DNA of 64,000 bases from Zancudomyces culisetae HAW-14-8. Its lineage: Eukaryota; Fungi; Kickxellomycota. Below the pieces are notes generated by a model that saw only the letters and a program-made list of their open reading frames with translations, searched no databases and had not been told where the DNA came from. The stretch is taken from NCBI GenBank assembly GCA_052426225.1, contig JBNJNM010000013.1, positions 1,798,001 to 1,862,000 on the forward strand. Direction: 5' to 3'. How positions within the stretch are numbered: the stretch's first letter is position 1; every line of letters starts with the position of its first letter. Shown here piece after piece: positions 34,003 through 46,597 of the stretch. The translations under genes and the position numbers were made by a program.

Positions 34003-36256
34003 TTACACTGCTATGTTCTTGTTTTCATCAGTGGCCTCCAAGCATACAAGAGGAACAACGCCCATTTCCTGCTTGTCTACATTTTTAGCATAAGCCCAGC
34101 CATCAGAAAACACGTTGAGAATCTTTATCTCGTCATTCAACGTTAATAGCAACTCGTCTTTTTCTTGAGGAAAGTATGCATATGCCACCTTATACGTCTT
34201 TCCTGTGCAGTCATCTTTTGTGATGTGATCATCACTGTTACTACATGTTTCAAAGGAGTCAGAGTTTGTACTGATACTTCGTGTTGAAGAATAGCTTGAA
34301 TCGGTTACAGAAATTATGCTATTTCTATTCACTAATACCCTGGGTTGCCCTTTAAACTGTACTAAACCATTTGTATTTTGTGTATATGTATTCGAATTCA
34401 CACAATTGGATGAGGTGGACGCGCTGGGATTTTCTTCATTGTGTATTACACCCTTGTTGTTATCGTTATCATTACCATTACCATTATCATGTGAAACAGT
34501 GGGAATATCGTTGTTAAGAAAGTTGTATATCGTTCCCTCTGTATTACTAACAAGCGCTGGATTAAATGTAGTATATGTTTGAATGCTATTTTTTCTAGTA
34601 CTACCATAGCTGGTCCTAGCATTCATATTTGAGCTTACATCAAAATCACTATCGTGTAATCTTTCAGTACCTACTGCTTGGTTATTATCAACCTCCATCT
34701 CTAACACGCTCTCTTTTTTCTTTTCACTATACCCCTTTCCAATATCCGAAGATAGTTGTAAAAAACTGGAGTCAAACGTATCCTTAAAAGTTAAAACGTT
34801 ATCTAAAACATTCAAACTTTTGTGGGACTTTTCAGCTTCAACCCTGAAATTGGGCCCAGAAATTTTGGTATCACTACATTCAGGATCAACTGGGTTTGTA
34901 GATTTTTTAATAGTGGCTTGCAGGTTGGTATATTCCCTATCCATTTCTTTGTTGTTCACTTCATAGTTTTCAAATTTTTTAAGCGTAGAATACATGCTAA
35001 TTGTCTTTTCCAGCCGCGGAAACTCGAGAACAGGTGTTTTGAAAGATTCGTCAATTGGCTTGTTTTCATTTATAGAAGAAAACTTGGGGTTAACAGTAGA
35101 TGCGGTAAACCTTCTGTAGAATTTAGTTAGAGGCTTTTCCACAAAATTCATATCGGGGTTTATGCTGCGTGTGGTTTCTGCTTCATAGCTGGATCTTTTC
35201 TCGTGTAGTTTGTCGTCTCCAAAATAGTTTTCTTCTAACTTTCTGTTGAGGTTTCTAAGTGCTCTCTGTTTTTTCATCATGCAGCCAAAAACTAACATTG
35301 CAACCACCAACATTGTTGCCAATATGGAGATAACTATGTTTTTTATGACTTCACTACCGCTCTTTGAGGGGATACTACATTTCCCTGTTGTGAATGCCCA
35401 TATACAACAAGTATCAGTTGGATTGCTATTACAGGTCTTACAGAGTTCCTCTTCGTTGGAGTATTTTCCATCTATTTAATTAAAAAGTTAGTCATAAGTA
35501 AAATTTGAGGGAGTAAAGCAAAATATCTAGTGTTAGCTCGAGAAGATTGGGATCACAAAAATGTGTTTATATATCACAAGTTATTAAACCAGGTTTACCA
35601 CATGGAGAAGCATCAGTAATGCGTAGGCTCAGGCAGCTATCACTTTCTCCATTGTACGGGCTACTGGAGCACGTTTTCTGTGTACTTTCTAGTCCACCGA
35701 TCATATTTGAGTTATTTTTACAGCTGTTGCTGTTCGCCAGAATCTTGGTCCAAGCACCTATGTAGTTGTAACACGAATCTTTACATATTTTTATGGCTTC
35801 ATTTCGATTACACTCTCTGGCTGCACTGGTATCAAGAAGCCCTCTACAGATAACATCTGTTCTTCCTGAGACTGTTTCAAAGCCATAAATATCTTTACAT
35901 CCAAATGCACTCTGTAGATTTTCCCTTTCAGCTGTAGAGTTGAAATATTGCAAAAAAACCCCATCAAATTCATTAGAGTTACGGATCGAGTTTTCGCGTA
36001 TGTTATTTATAGGAAAGTAAAAGTTGCCAAAGCTGGCACCGCAAAATTTAGAATTGCTTAAAGGAAAACACTTTTGAGATACATTGCCTCCAGCTGGGGT
36101 AATGTTGTTGCTAAGAGGGGGTTTTATTCCCCCAACACCTAACTTGTCAATAAAATATAACAGATCGCTGGATATTATATCTGAACCAAGCGCTGAAGTG
36201 CCAACTAGCACCATCAATGACACAACAGATGCTTTCACACTTTGTGTCTTTGTCAT
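34003..36256 (-). CDS. Single-pass membrane protein: signal peptide, Cys-rich ectodomain, TM, low-complexity tail, C-terminal SH3; exons 36256-35599, 35471-34003
   Basis: SH3 YKVAYAYFPQEKDELLLTLNDEIKILNVFSDGWAY...MGVVPLVCL; TM IVISILATMLVVAMLVFGC followed by KK; a phase-1 intron GTAAAC..GACTAAC..TAG joins the two ORFs. Confidence 0.85.
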
Positions 36257-38231
36257 CTTTTTGGTAATATTCTATGTTTCGTTTTCTTTTGCTTTCTTTA
36301 GATATGTGTTCATAAAAGTATTCCTTAGTGTATATAAAGCGGTTCTTATCCCCAACTCGCATCAAAGTAATAATATGTATGTAGAATAAGACGAAGAAAA
36401 AGGAGAAAAGGGTTTGTTTCGGTAAGGGAGGTTAGTAAAAGAATTTGGAATAGACATTCCGCGTTGGGTTAGTCTTCATATATGATATAGTGAATATTAG
36501 TTATAAAAAAAACTTTGTCCCTTAATGTAGTTTTATCACTGACGGTTCTATGTCAAAAAGTGTAAGCTATGGTTATACAAGACTGCCCTCTTGTTAGCGA
36601 TTTGGCTGTCCATACGTATCGAATTATAGTCGTGATAAATGATTATGATGAGTTTTTTTTTGTGTTATGGATGCATCCTTGGATAATTCAGCACTTTGTT
36701 TTTTTTTTAGGAGCTTATTGTGCAAAATTCGATAATCAAAAGGGTTTCTCTTATTAGAAATAATAAAACACTAATCACAATACCATGAACAATAGGACTA
36801 AATATTGTCCATAATCTCGTTACAATTTTTTGATCTTATAAATAGCACACTTGTAGAGGATTTTTTTTTCTTTTGCACCTGGAGCGGCCTTATTGGAAAG
36901 GAAGGTTAGGAGTAATTAAATAATATCTTTTGAAGTGTTTGTACCCCAAATTTTGAATAGCCACAAACAGAAAAACAAAAAGCTCAAAGACAAAAGACTC
37001 GTAAATTATGTTATATTTTCAGCTCTTTGTTTCTCTACTTTGCTCTGCCACAGTGGTTAGTTGTTCTTTTATTTTTATTATTCTTATTTTCCCCGAACTG
37101 CCCATAAAATGCTTTTATACAACTCTCCAGTGTTTCTTTTCCGAAGAAGCAACAGATCAAATTAATGGACCAACATAGGCTGTTGCAACTTTGCAAAAGT
37201 GAAACCTCAGCTTTTTTTTTCAAACCAGTCGCAGTATTGCGCTTTAACGAAAAAAAAAGCCACACTTCTAAACCAGAAACCCCTCACAAAACCATGTGTG
37301 ATTGGGGATAACAACGATGTAGTTTCATATATTTATGTGCAATTGGGCTAAACGATATTCGAACCTTTAAAACTAATACTGAATAGTTATTCGTAACCAA
37401 AAAAAAATAGCTGCAATACTGAAATACTAGGACTGTGATTGAAATCTCACTCAACAAATGAATTCTTTCCCCCATTTCTACTGTGGTTCGCCTATCTTAA
37501 TAGTAAAAAAAAAGCCTTTGGGGAAAAACAAAGATCACAAAAGAAAGGCACTAGAAGCCTGGAGAATGTAAAAAAAGGGAGGGGAAGAAGGACGGTTTTC
37601 TGTATATATGTATTTCTTCCTTATGCATTTATAAGGAATATTCTGTTGTTAGTGCTAAGTGGATGCAGTGTTACTGACTGTTGTAGTGCCTCAAGGGTTT
37701 ATCGCGTTTCCCAATTACATTGCCAAAAAAAACTGCGATTCAGTTATTTGAGCAAGTTTGTACAGCATCATCAAATTATATCTCACCAATGCTTTGTAGC
37801 CTCAATAAACCTTGCGTAGCGATGAGAACAGCAAGCTCTTGGCATTAAAGTGCAGTTTTGCTAGATGAGCTGATAATTCCGTTAACTATTTTAACCACCG
37901 TACTTGTGTAGCTTTGATGCTGCGGATCATAATTATAACACATTTAAGATTTAAGTTAATCACTTTCTACTGATATGTAGTTGTTGATGGTGAGTATAGC
38001 AGCTAGCAAGGGCAAAGCTGAGGAAAGAAACAGAGATTATTCTAATGTGTGCACCGTTTTGGTTTCAATTTTATCTTTTTTTTTTGATGTGAATAATTGG
38101 ATCTAGATACGATTAAAAAATTTTCCTTCCGGAACGATTTTTGGCTATGTATCCAAATCAAGTTGTGTACATACATCAACACATAAATCAAGTCCCATAA
38201 ATCCAGATAAGCACGCCGTAGCGAGGATCAA

Positions 38232-41012
38232 ATGAACAGTACGGTAAAAGCAGTGAATCGACGGGGCAGTAATTCTGCGTTAAAAATCTGCAGAAACTTT
38301 GCACCTTTCAATAGATTGTGTATTGCAGCTACACCAAGTGTAAAATGGGGCCATTTGTGCGGAAAAAGTAAATTCTTGCCCTTTAGCACCTGCTCTCTCA
38401 ACATGGGTAAAAGCTACAATGGTACCATAATGTGGCAGGATGGCATCAACACTAAATTGCTTACACAGGTGGATGAAAAGGTAGACATTCTTTACAAAGC
38501 GTGGTTGGACTATTTAAGAAATGCGGAAACTCAGGACGGTAACAAGTTAAACGGGGAAATAAAGGAGCATATAGACATAGGAAAGAATGAAGATAATTCA
38601 AAGTCAGTCACCGAATTAAAATACGAAGAGAAATATCAAACCCTTCGGGAAGTGTTTCTTCTAAAAAATATTAGCAATCATACTGAATTTCTAAAGTATC
38701 TGTTGAACGAAGTATACCAAATTTATAATCCCTCACACCAAAGACGGATAGGAAAGGAAGAATACAGCCTTGACGAGCCCCTTTTGATAGAAAAGGGGGA
38801 GCGACTAAAAGAAATTATGGAGGTATATTCGGTAATACTCCAAACGAACAACGAGCTGATTGAAATTGAAAAGTACCCCGACCTGTTTAGATTATATTTT
38901 GCTATTGTTAGGATACAATCAAATGAAGAGGTGGTCAAAGAGTATGTGAATGGACTGATTAGTGCTCACAGTTGTATCATGGATACGAAACTTTTGAGGT
39001 GCTTTTTGCACACGCTTTCAAAAATGCGGAATAAAGAGCAGCTTTTGGCAAATGCATTCCGAATATACAGGATAACTATTAAAAAAAAGACATTTCTCGG
39101 TGTACTTGCGGATTCTGCATGTTCTGCAGAGTTATCCGCATTTATGGCAGACTTTGGGGACGATAAGAGGATACATACGCAGTTTTTCAAGCTTCAGGAG
39201 ATAGTATTGAATAGTTCAAAGACCACCATGGCTGATAAAAAAAACTTTTTGGCGTTTGTGAGTAGCTTGCTGTACAGATCCAACAAAAGGTATAATATAA
39301 GAAAAATGGATTGCTTGCTAGATCTTTATCAAATCCTAATATACAATAATCTGGGAAGCAGAGTAACTGATATCGTGATAAATATGACAAATCAAATGGA
39401 GGAAAAATTTGTTGAAAAAGAAAGTAAAAATAGTGATGGTAATAAGGACTCGTATATAGAAAGTAAAGTCGACTTTTTAAGAAAGAAGTATCGCAGCGAT
39501 TTGTTGAGCACCGCAATGCTTTTGGTGAACAATGATTATTACAATAGACAAAAGCAACTCGCAGTGGAGAGTTACGTAGAAAATCAGCTCAAGGTGTGGA
39601 ATGTTGATTGGGGACTTGTTGCATTGTATTTCTATGTTTTGTCACGAAAGACGAACTATAAAACAACATCAATGGCGCTCAGAGAATTGGTATTTCATCT
39701 TTATGATTCCAGGAACGGCATTAAAGAGGAAATCAAAAACCTAATATACTATTATAGAAGATTTGTGAAAGCAGATATGCACGCACCTGGAGAACACTCG
39801 GACAAGAAGGTAGATTTTGATGATGTTGGTGATATTTTGAAGTACTTGCTTTTGTTTTTTTCGGAAAGGGGAAGTATCACCCAGCTGAAGGAAATGTACG
39901 ATGTGATTTTTGACTATTGTTCGAACCATGTTCCAGATTTCATTCCCAAGATGAACCTTCTGGTAATCACACATGCAAAAAAGAACAATGTACATGCTAG
40001 CGTAGATGTTTTATACTTAGCGATGCATATACTTCGAGTTAACGAACGCGAAATACCACCAGCGAGGAGGGGAAGTGCGTACATCACGTCGCTGTACCTC
40101 ATGCTACAGGAATTGGATACTTATCCATTTATTAGAGATGTCTTGACCAATGAGTTTGTTCGAAGAAAGGAGTACAACCTACCACTAGCACTAAAGCCAA
40201 AGATTGTCGATACAAGAAGCGTTGATCATGCGTATATGATGCATCTGCTCAAATCAACAGATGTTTACAGCTTGGTTTTTGCCAGGACCGGTAGGCAGTA
40301 TTTTGCAGAGTCGCTATCAGGCGATGCAAATGCATTCATATGTCTATTTGATACATATTGTAGACAAAAGCGTGTTGATATTTGCATTTATTTGCTGAAG
40401 ATGTTGACACTATACTTTGCAAACCATTGCCGCCTTGTGGACCCCTTTCTGTTCAACGCGCTGTGCGAGAAACTGTTGATACTAAAAGAAACGGGTGGCG
40501 AGGCAAAACTCAGGATGTTTAAGCAGCTTCAGAAGCTATCAGGGTTTATGAACCAAGCTAGCTCATCAATAATTTCCGGCAAAAGGGAAAGTACTGTTTA
40601 TTACGAACTTGATCAGAAAACCATTACCACGTACATTAAAGAACTACTTTTTTACAGATTTAATATCTATTATGTTGTCCATCAAGCCCTGTTTGTGTTT
40701 CCAAGAGAATTTACTGGATACAAGCCAAATAACAAAGTTTTCATAATTTTGGCCAACAAAATCATTCAAATCATGGAATCCGGCCTGAAAAATGCCATAA
40801 ATGAGAACCATGACTATTCTGTTGCTTATAACCGCAGCTCATATGGCCGTGGTAATCACACCGGCTATGTTACCGATATCGCCGAAAATAATGAATACAG
40901 ACTGTTGTTGCAGTACATGGTTGATCACTTTTCGAGGAACGGATATCTAGCGAAAAACAATGAACTAAAGGCGAACTTACACCACAAAGCCAAAGAACTT
41001 CTTGACTTTTGA
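38232..41012 (+). CDS. Large helical protein, 926 aa, probably mitochondrial and PPR-like
   Basis: The long intact ORF is secure. The N-terminus is Arg-rich and acid-free. Degenerate PPR-like segments include DANAFICLFDTYCRQKRVDICIYLLKML and YKPNNKVFIILANK. The functional call is tentative. Confidence 0.55.
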   Translation: MNSTVKAVNRRGSNSALKICRNFAPFNRLCIAATPSVKWGHLCGKSKFLPFSTCSLNMGKSYNGTIMWQDGINTKLLTQVDEKVDILYKAWLDYLRNAETQDGNKLNGEIKEHIDIGKNEDNSKSVTELKYEEKYQTLREVFLLKNISNHTEFLKYLLNEVYQIYNPSHQRRIGKEEYSLDEPLLIEKGERLKEIMEVYSVILQTNNELIEIEKYPDLFRLYFAIVRIQSNEEVVKEYVNGLISAHSCIMDTKLLRCFLHTLSKMRNKEQLLANAFRIYRITIKKKTFLGVLADSACSAELSAFMADFGDDKRIHTQFFKLQEIVLNSSKTTMADKKNFLAFVSSLLYRSNKRYNIRKMDCLLDLYQILIYNNLGSRVTDIVINMTNQMEEKFVEKESKNSDGNKDSYIESKVDFLRKKYRSDLLSTAMLLVNNDYYNRQKQLAVESYVENQLKVWNVDWGLVALYFYVLSRKTNYKTTSMALRELVFHLYDSRNGIKEEIKNLIYYYRRFVKADMHAPGEHSDKKVDFDDVGDILKYLLLFFSERGSITQLKEMYDVIFDYCSNHVPDFIPKMNLLVITHAKKNNVHASVDVLYLAMHILRVNEREIPPARRGSAYITSLYLMLQELDTYPFIRDVLTNEFVRRKEYNLPLALKPKIVDTRSVDHAYMMHLLKSTDVYSLVFARTGRQYFAESLSGDANAFICLFDTYCRQKRVDICIYLLKMLTLYFANHCRLVDPFLFNALCEKLLILKETGGEAKLRMFKQLQKLSGFMNQASSSIISGKRESTVYYELDQKTITTYIKELLFYRFNIYYVVHQALFVFPREFTGYKPNNKVFIILANKIIQIMESGLKNAINENHDYSVAYNRSSYGRGNHTGYVTDIAENNEYRLLLQYMVDHFSRNGYLAKNNELKANLHHKAKELLDF

Positions 41013-41072
41013 AGATCTTGATGATAACTTGAATGCGTAATGGTGTGTGTTACATCGCATCTACGCAGAAAA

Positions 41073-41095
41073 GTGTGCTTTGAGGCAAAGCACAC
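41073..41095 (+). other. Perfect 10-bp hairpin in the 3' flank of the 926-aa gene
   Basis: GTGTGCTTTG-AGG-CAAAGCACAC, about 60 nt after the stop. Confidence 0.6.
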
Positions 41096-42747
41096 ACAAT
41101 TAGATTAGTTTATAGGAGCTCGTCTATTTTTCCACTTGATTCAAAACCATTTGCTGAAATTGTCAAAAGGCACCACTAGAAAACGAGCAGAACTATAGAG
41201 CTATGTCCAGATAAAGAATGGTTCAATCTTGGGAAATAATATGGACCAATAGGCTTGTGAATCTTAAATTACTGCATTTCTTTTTGTCTTACATTTCTCC
41301 ATTCCCCCACTTTCATGTCTGCTTTTTCTTTATTTTCAACCAAAATACATATATAAGCCCAGACTTTCTGAAAATGTGCTTAAATAATTGGAACCAATTT
41401 TAACAATTTTCGCTAGTTTACAGGCAATAAAACACAATAAGTGTACAAAAACCTGTTATCATTTTAATAATGCGAAACCAGAATCTAAGAAAATAGAACA
41501 CAGAAAATTATGCAAAGATACAAAAAACGTTTTCATGACAGATAGTCATATGGAAAGTAGTGAAGTTAACAGTTTGTTGGCCGTTGTATTTTGATCACAA
41601 GCAAGAATTTTTTTTATTGCGCTGCTAGCTTTTTGATTAGTAATTAACTCATTGGTTAATAAAGCACTGTATATGTAAATGAAATAATTCATACAAATCA
41701 TTTTGAGAGTACTGGCAAATTATAAACAGGCTTGAAATTGCATTGGTTTTTAAAAATATTAATCACTTAATGGCAGCGTAAGAACAAAGTGGAAGATCTG
41801 AAAAAAGCTTTACCCAATTGAGACTTTTTGCTTAATGCATTATTTTTATCCAAAAGTGGGCCTAAAGAGTACAGCTTGATGAGCAAAATGGGTATAACCT
41901 GCAAAATTGTAAGCTACATTCAGAAAATAAAAGAAAAAGGCCAAGCAGGCTCTTAATGAGACACTACAGTTAAAATGCGGACAAAAGTTATTTTCTGCTT
42001 TTTTTTTTCGGCGATTAGTAGTTACGTGAGGTTCCAATGAGCTAATAGCTTTGTCAGGGCTGCATCCCAGAATTGAAGTTTGCGATGATTTTCTAGCATA
42101 AATCCAATTAAATCGCACACTAATATGATGGAAAAAGAGGAATGGGGAGGCAAGCTGGGAGACTGGATATCCCGATGTCTATATTTATATTTTTGATTTC
42201 TACCCACCATCAGGGGGAAAGAGTTTGCAGCAAAGCTATAGTCAGCATAAAGTGCTCTTTATATTTTTGTAGGCAATTTACATTGCAGACGGTTATTTTT
42301 TAGAGAATAATTCAAATAAGAAATATGGATTAATGTGTGAATTATTTCTTTATTTGGATGCATTATTCCAAAGCGCCACTTTTATTTATTGAATAGCTCA
42401 ACACTCAATCAATCATAAACGAAAAGTAAAAAAGCAATTGATTTTAAGACGCTTCTCGACATAAAACAGCAATTATAAGAACTGAAAAGTATAACAACTT
42501 TGAAAGGATTTCAAGCAAAGAAAAAAGAAAAGAAAAGATAAACGAATTAATTCTTTTTACAAGTGGGAAAGTGATGAATGTTTCGAGAACAGAACTGAAC
42601 GCTTAATTCTATTGAACTTTCTTTTGCACTATTAAATTATATTAAACACAATAAAAATCACACAAAGATCAAAAATAGGGAATAAAGGTGGAATAAAAAC
42701 CCAAAAGATTAAAAAATATACATAAAAGCAAAAAACAAACTTACATT

Positions 42748-44449
42748 ATGACGAGCGTAACTGACAATCAGGCTTTGCTGGAAAATCTACTGCTAAGTCT
42801 ACTGGGAAGAAACGGAACCACTGAAAATGTCGAAAATGTTGACCCAAGCACTTTTGTTCAAGAGAGCAAGAGTGACACCAAAAAAAAAAGTATAAATGAA
42901 GGTGAGGGTGAGGGTGAAAGCGAAGATAAAAGTGGTGACGATCAATCAGAAGAGGGAGCAGATTCATCCAAGTCAGGAGGTAGTCACTTTACTTCAATTA
43001 CTTTTGTAATTTAGCTACAGGGGATTCGTGGTAATACAGATAATTATAATTATAATTGATATATCTCGAATAATAGAGGGGAAAAAGAAAAAAGCCGGTA
43101 GAAAAAGAGTCGAAACAGAGGCTAAAAGTAAGCGAGTTGCGCAGAATCGAGAGGCTCAGCGAGCATTCAGAAAACGCAAGCAGGATCAGCTGGACCAGAT
43201 GGAACAGGAGATTGTTGAGCTGAGACGGGAGAAAGAAAGAGCGACCTCTCAACTGTCGGAATTGCAGGATAGATTGGGAAAGCTGGAGCGAGAAAACAAA
43301 GCACTTAAACAGAGTATAAATGTGAACCCGAACGTGGCGACTCTAAGTAATGGAGCAAAAGGCAGCCGCGCCTATAACAAAGGCAATGTGGACATTAATA
43401 CGATACTGAACGGCTATGTAGCAGGACCTGGAACAGATGGAGGAGGGATATTTGACTTTAAAGCACCAAGCCAGGTCCCAGTGGCTGCAACTGCGACAGG
43501 CAAAAGCAGCAATATCAATAAGGGGGGAAACAATGCGATATATAATAGTATAGTTGGGAGCATGGAGCCGAGCGTGGAGATATTCAAGGGCGTACACAAC
43601 TTTGAAACTAATACTAACTTTGTAACAAACAGCTCAGCAGCCCAAAAGCATAGCACAGACGAAAAAGAAATACAACAATTAATACTTCCACCCGAGGTGA
43701 TCTCAACTATGCTTTCAACTAACAATGAAGGAATAACTGATCCAGGGCTCGGGGTGGGAGCAATGGGACTCGATGCACTGGGTGTATTTTCTACCTCTAC
43801 ACATGCTACAGACTCACCATTTAGTGAATACCTTGGCAATGGGAATTACTATGATGGGAAAGGGATATATACTGAAAGTCCAGAGAGTAATGTGACTAAA
43901 GTGGAGGAGGATGAGAATGAAGAGGGCGGGGAGAGTCTAGGAAGTAGAACAGGAAGCGGGCTGATACAAGACCTGGCTACATTCTTTGAAAATAAAGAGA
44001 AAATTGGAAGACTTGGCTCCAAAGGAAAGATGGGAAGAGTGGTAAACGTTGGTACTTCAAGTAGCACTGGCGAGGCAGAGTTTGGAAATCTATTTGATGA
44101 GTTGGTCTCCAGCAATGGTGATGTTGATGGCTGGATAGAGAGCCCTCTAAATATTTCTCAAAACGTTCCCCAAAATATTCCCCAAATCACCAACCGAAAT
44201 CAAAGTATAGACGAACAAAACATCAACCATTGTATCGGCTTGGTTGGCCAAAACTCGAATGTCGATAACTATTCAGGATACTACAATGAAAACGATGGCG
44301 AGAATATACTAGGCATGGGAATGGGAATGGAGCCTTCTAGTGGATTGACGTTGAGTTGCAATGAACTGGACGAGCTATGCATGTTGCTGAAAAAACATGC
44401 CAAGTGTGCCGATGTTCTAAAGTCGATTTCTAACCAATATACCCAGTAA
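42748..44449 (+). CDS. YAP1: AP-1-like bZIP oxidative-stress factor (Yap1/Pap1); exons 42748-42979, 43077-44449
   Basis: Basic region KRVAQNREAQRAFRKRK plus leucine zipper; C-terminal ELDELCMLLKKHAKC (c-CRD/NES motif); phase-1 intron GTAGTC..AATAG. Confidence 0.88.
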
Positions 44450-45388
44450 ACGAGGTGTAATGCGTATTTTTCAACCTATTTTTTTTTTGTTTTTTGAATT
44501 TAAATGAGTACAATAATCCTTAATGATATTTCCATAACTTTTTTTTCTAATTTTAAATGCTAAAAGCTTGATTCCTAACAACAATAAAAAAATACATAAG
44601 TTTAACCCCTCCCCCACCCCAGCTATGTTGTACTTTTTTTGGGCGTTTTTCCCAAAGCGGCGATTTGTGAGCTAAAAAGGGACTAATAGGTACTGTTTGG
44701 TTTTGGGACTGTAATTTATCTGGAACGCTGGCTACTAGAATTACGATTAAAATTCTACAGCTAAACTATACTAAAATCATCTACTTTTATCCTTGGCCTC
44801 TCCTTCAGTAGTTGATTGGTTTTCTACGCATAGACGTAAACTGTCTGAACACGAATGGGTTGATTTTTTCTGTGATCCCTGGTAAAATAGGTTCGTTCGT
44901 CGTCATCATCATTATACTAGGTCTACTGCTTGTTCAAATACCAAGTATTACCATTGAAGATTTGTTTAAATACCCATCACCCCAACCTTGTTGGTGCATC
45001 CTCTCAAAGCAATATGAGCTAATAAATCTGTGCTTTATACCGTTATATTACTTACTTTGCCTGCACGTTTGAAAAAAACATAGTTCGAACCGTTTTTCGG
45101 TAAAATGTGTTGGGGAAAGAATATATAATATAAACAAACTAAACACTACTACTCCAAAGATATCCGTTTAGTTATACTTGCTATAGTCATTGCATCAAAA
45201 TTGCATGTTTGTTTACCGCTCCATTTTTTTTCATATCAACTTTGCTTAAAGTTAACGCATCTTGGTACTAAACGTGTAACTATTCATACTAAAGACCCAC
45301 TTTGCTACTACATCCCCTGGCATACTTTTTCATATACAATAATTATATATTTTCAACATATGCCATCAAAACGGAAAAAGTATCCGCT

Positions 45389-45429
45389 TTCATCAGTTTC
45401 ATCAGTTTCATCAGCTTCATCAGCTTCAT
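45389..45429. repeat. 9-bp tandem repeat (TTCATCAGY) x about 4.5, just upstream of TATATAAA
   Basis: Read directly; about 170 nt upstream of the protease-like ATG. Confidence 0.85.
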
Positions 45430-45600
45430 TCTGAAAAGTATATAAAGGTCTTCCCCACACACCCATTTACCACTACCACCAGTATATTTAGTTTTGTTTC
45501 TAATTCTAAAATTCGCTTTCGTTAAATAAACTCAACAGATAATACAAAGAATAAGAATAAACAGTGTGAAAAACCTTCTTGGAAAAACTTTTTATCAATA

Positions 45601-46597
45601 ATGAGATTCATAAGCATTGCCGTTGTTACGCTTTGTTTGCTTAGTACCAGAGTGAAACCAGCGTCTCCAGAACCCAGTAGCCATATATTGGGAACAAGAA
45701 TAACTCGAAGAATAACAAGAGAATCTGTTGCCAACTTTGCTGATTTTCCATTTGCTGTGAGTATAGGTGTTTATAAAAACAATCAAGATACTCCATTCCC
45801 ATGTACAGGTGTGCTATTATCAGATAAAGTTGTGCTAACTGCAGCAACCTGCCTTAACAGCAAATTTTTATCAAAGTAGGGGTTACTGATATTTACGTAT
45901 CTGCTGGAGGTAATATGAACGTGGAAAGTACTATAACACCTCCTATTTTAACGAGTAGCTGGCTAATAGCTCCAGGATTCGGAATTGATGAAAAAGGGAC
46001 TATAATAGCCTTGCATTGATTTTTTTGAGTGAAAAGGTTGAGGATCCGGATGCAAAATTTGCCAAAATATATCCTCGCAAGGTAACCGCTGACATGAACG
46101 TAAAAGTAGCAGGTTGGGGAACTGAAGGCTCAGAACTTTCAATCACCCCTTCTGAAGATTTATTACAGGCACCGGTAAGAATTTCAACTGCAGATGTATG
46201 TAAACAGTATAACATCTTTTGGGATGATAACAATAATCAAATCTGTACAGTAACTGAAGAAAATCAAAATGCATGTTTTGGTGATCAAAGTGGCCCATTG
46301 GTGTACAAAACCGATGGTGTTGACGTACTCGTTGGTATTGCAAGCTTTCCTGGGCTTGATAAGGATAATATAAAATGCGCAATAGATGGGTTACCTACCT
46401 ATTATACGAATGTATACCACTACATTCGTTGGATATCAAAAAAGACCGGAATAAGCGAGGACAAGCTCATAGCAGGTGTACCACCATCACCACCATCATC
46501 GTCATTGTCACATAAGATATCACTTGACATGTTAATTCTACTTTCCCTTGGAGCCACGCTTGCCACTTTTATTTTTAGCATGAATATATTTGCTTAA
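45601..46597 (+). pseudogene. Trypsin-like (S1) protease homologue with no catalytic triad and two frame breaks (pseudogene, assembly indels, or spliced pseudoenzyme)
   Basis: Signal peptide; FPFAVSI, CTGVLLSDKVVLTAATC, VAGWGT, ACFGDQSGPLV, LVGIASF, YTNVYHYIRWI; hydrophobic C-tail. The intermediate frame 45873-46019 is also trypsin-like. Confidence 0.7.

Noticed and set aside
37439-37930. Pseudogene-like frames between the SH3 and PPR-like genes
   Set aside because: The longer minus-strand frames contain multiple stops, and no homology is recognisable, including for the 126-aa plus-strand ORF.
41000-41070. TGA read-through as selenocysteine with a SECIS (some early-diverging fungi use Sec)
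   Set aside because: The ATGA lies too close to the stop, no SECIS helix can be formed, and no selenoprotein-type ORF with an in-frame TGA was seen in the window.
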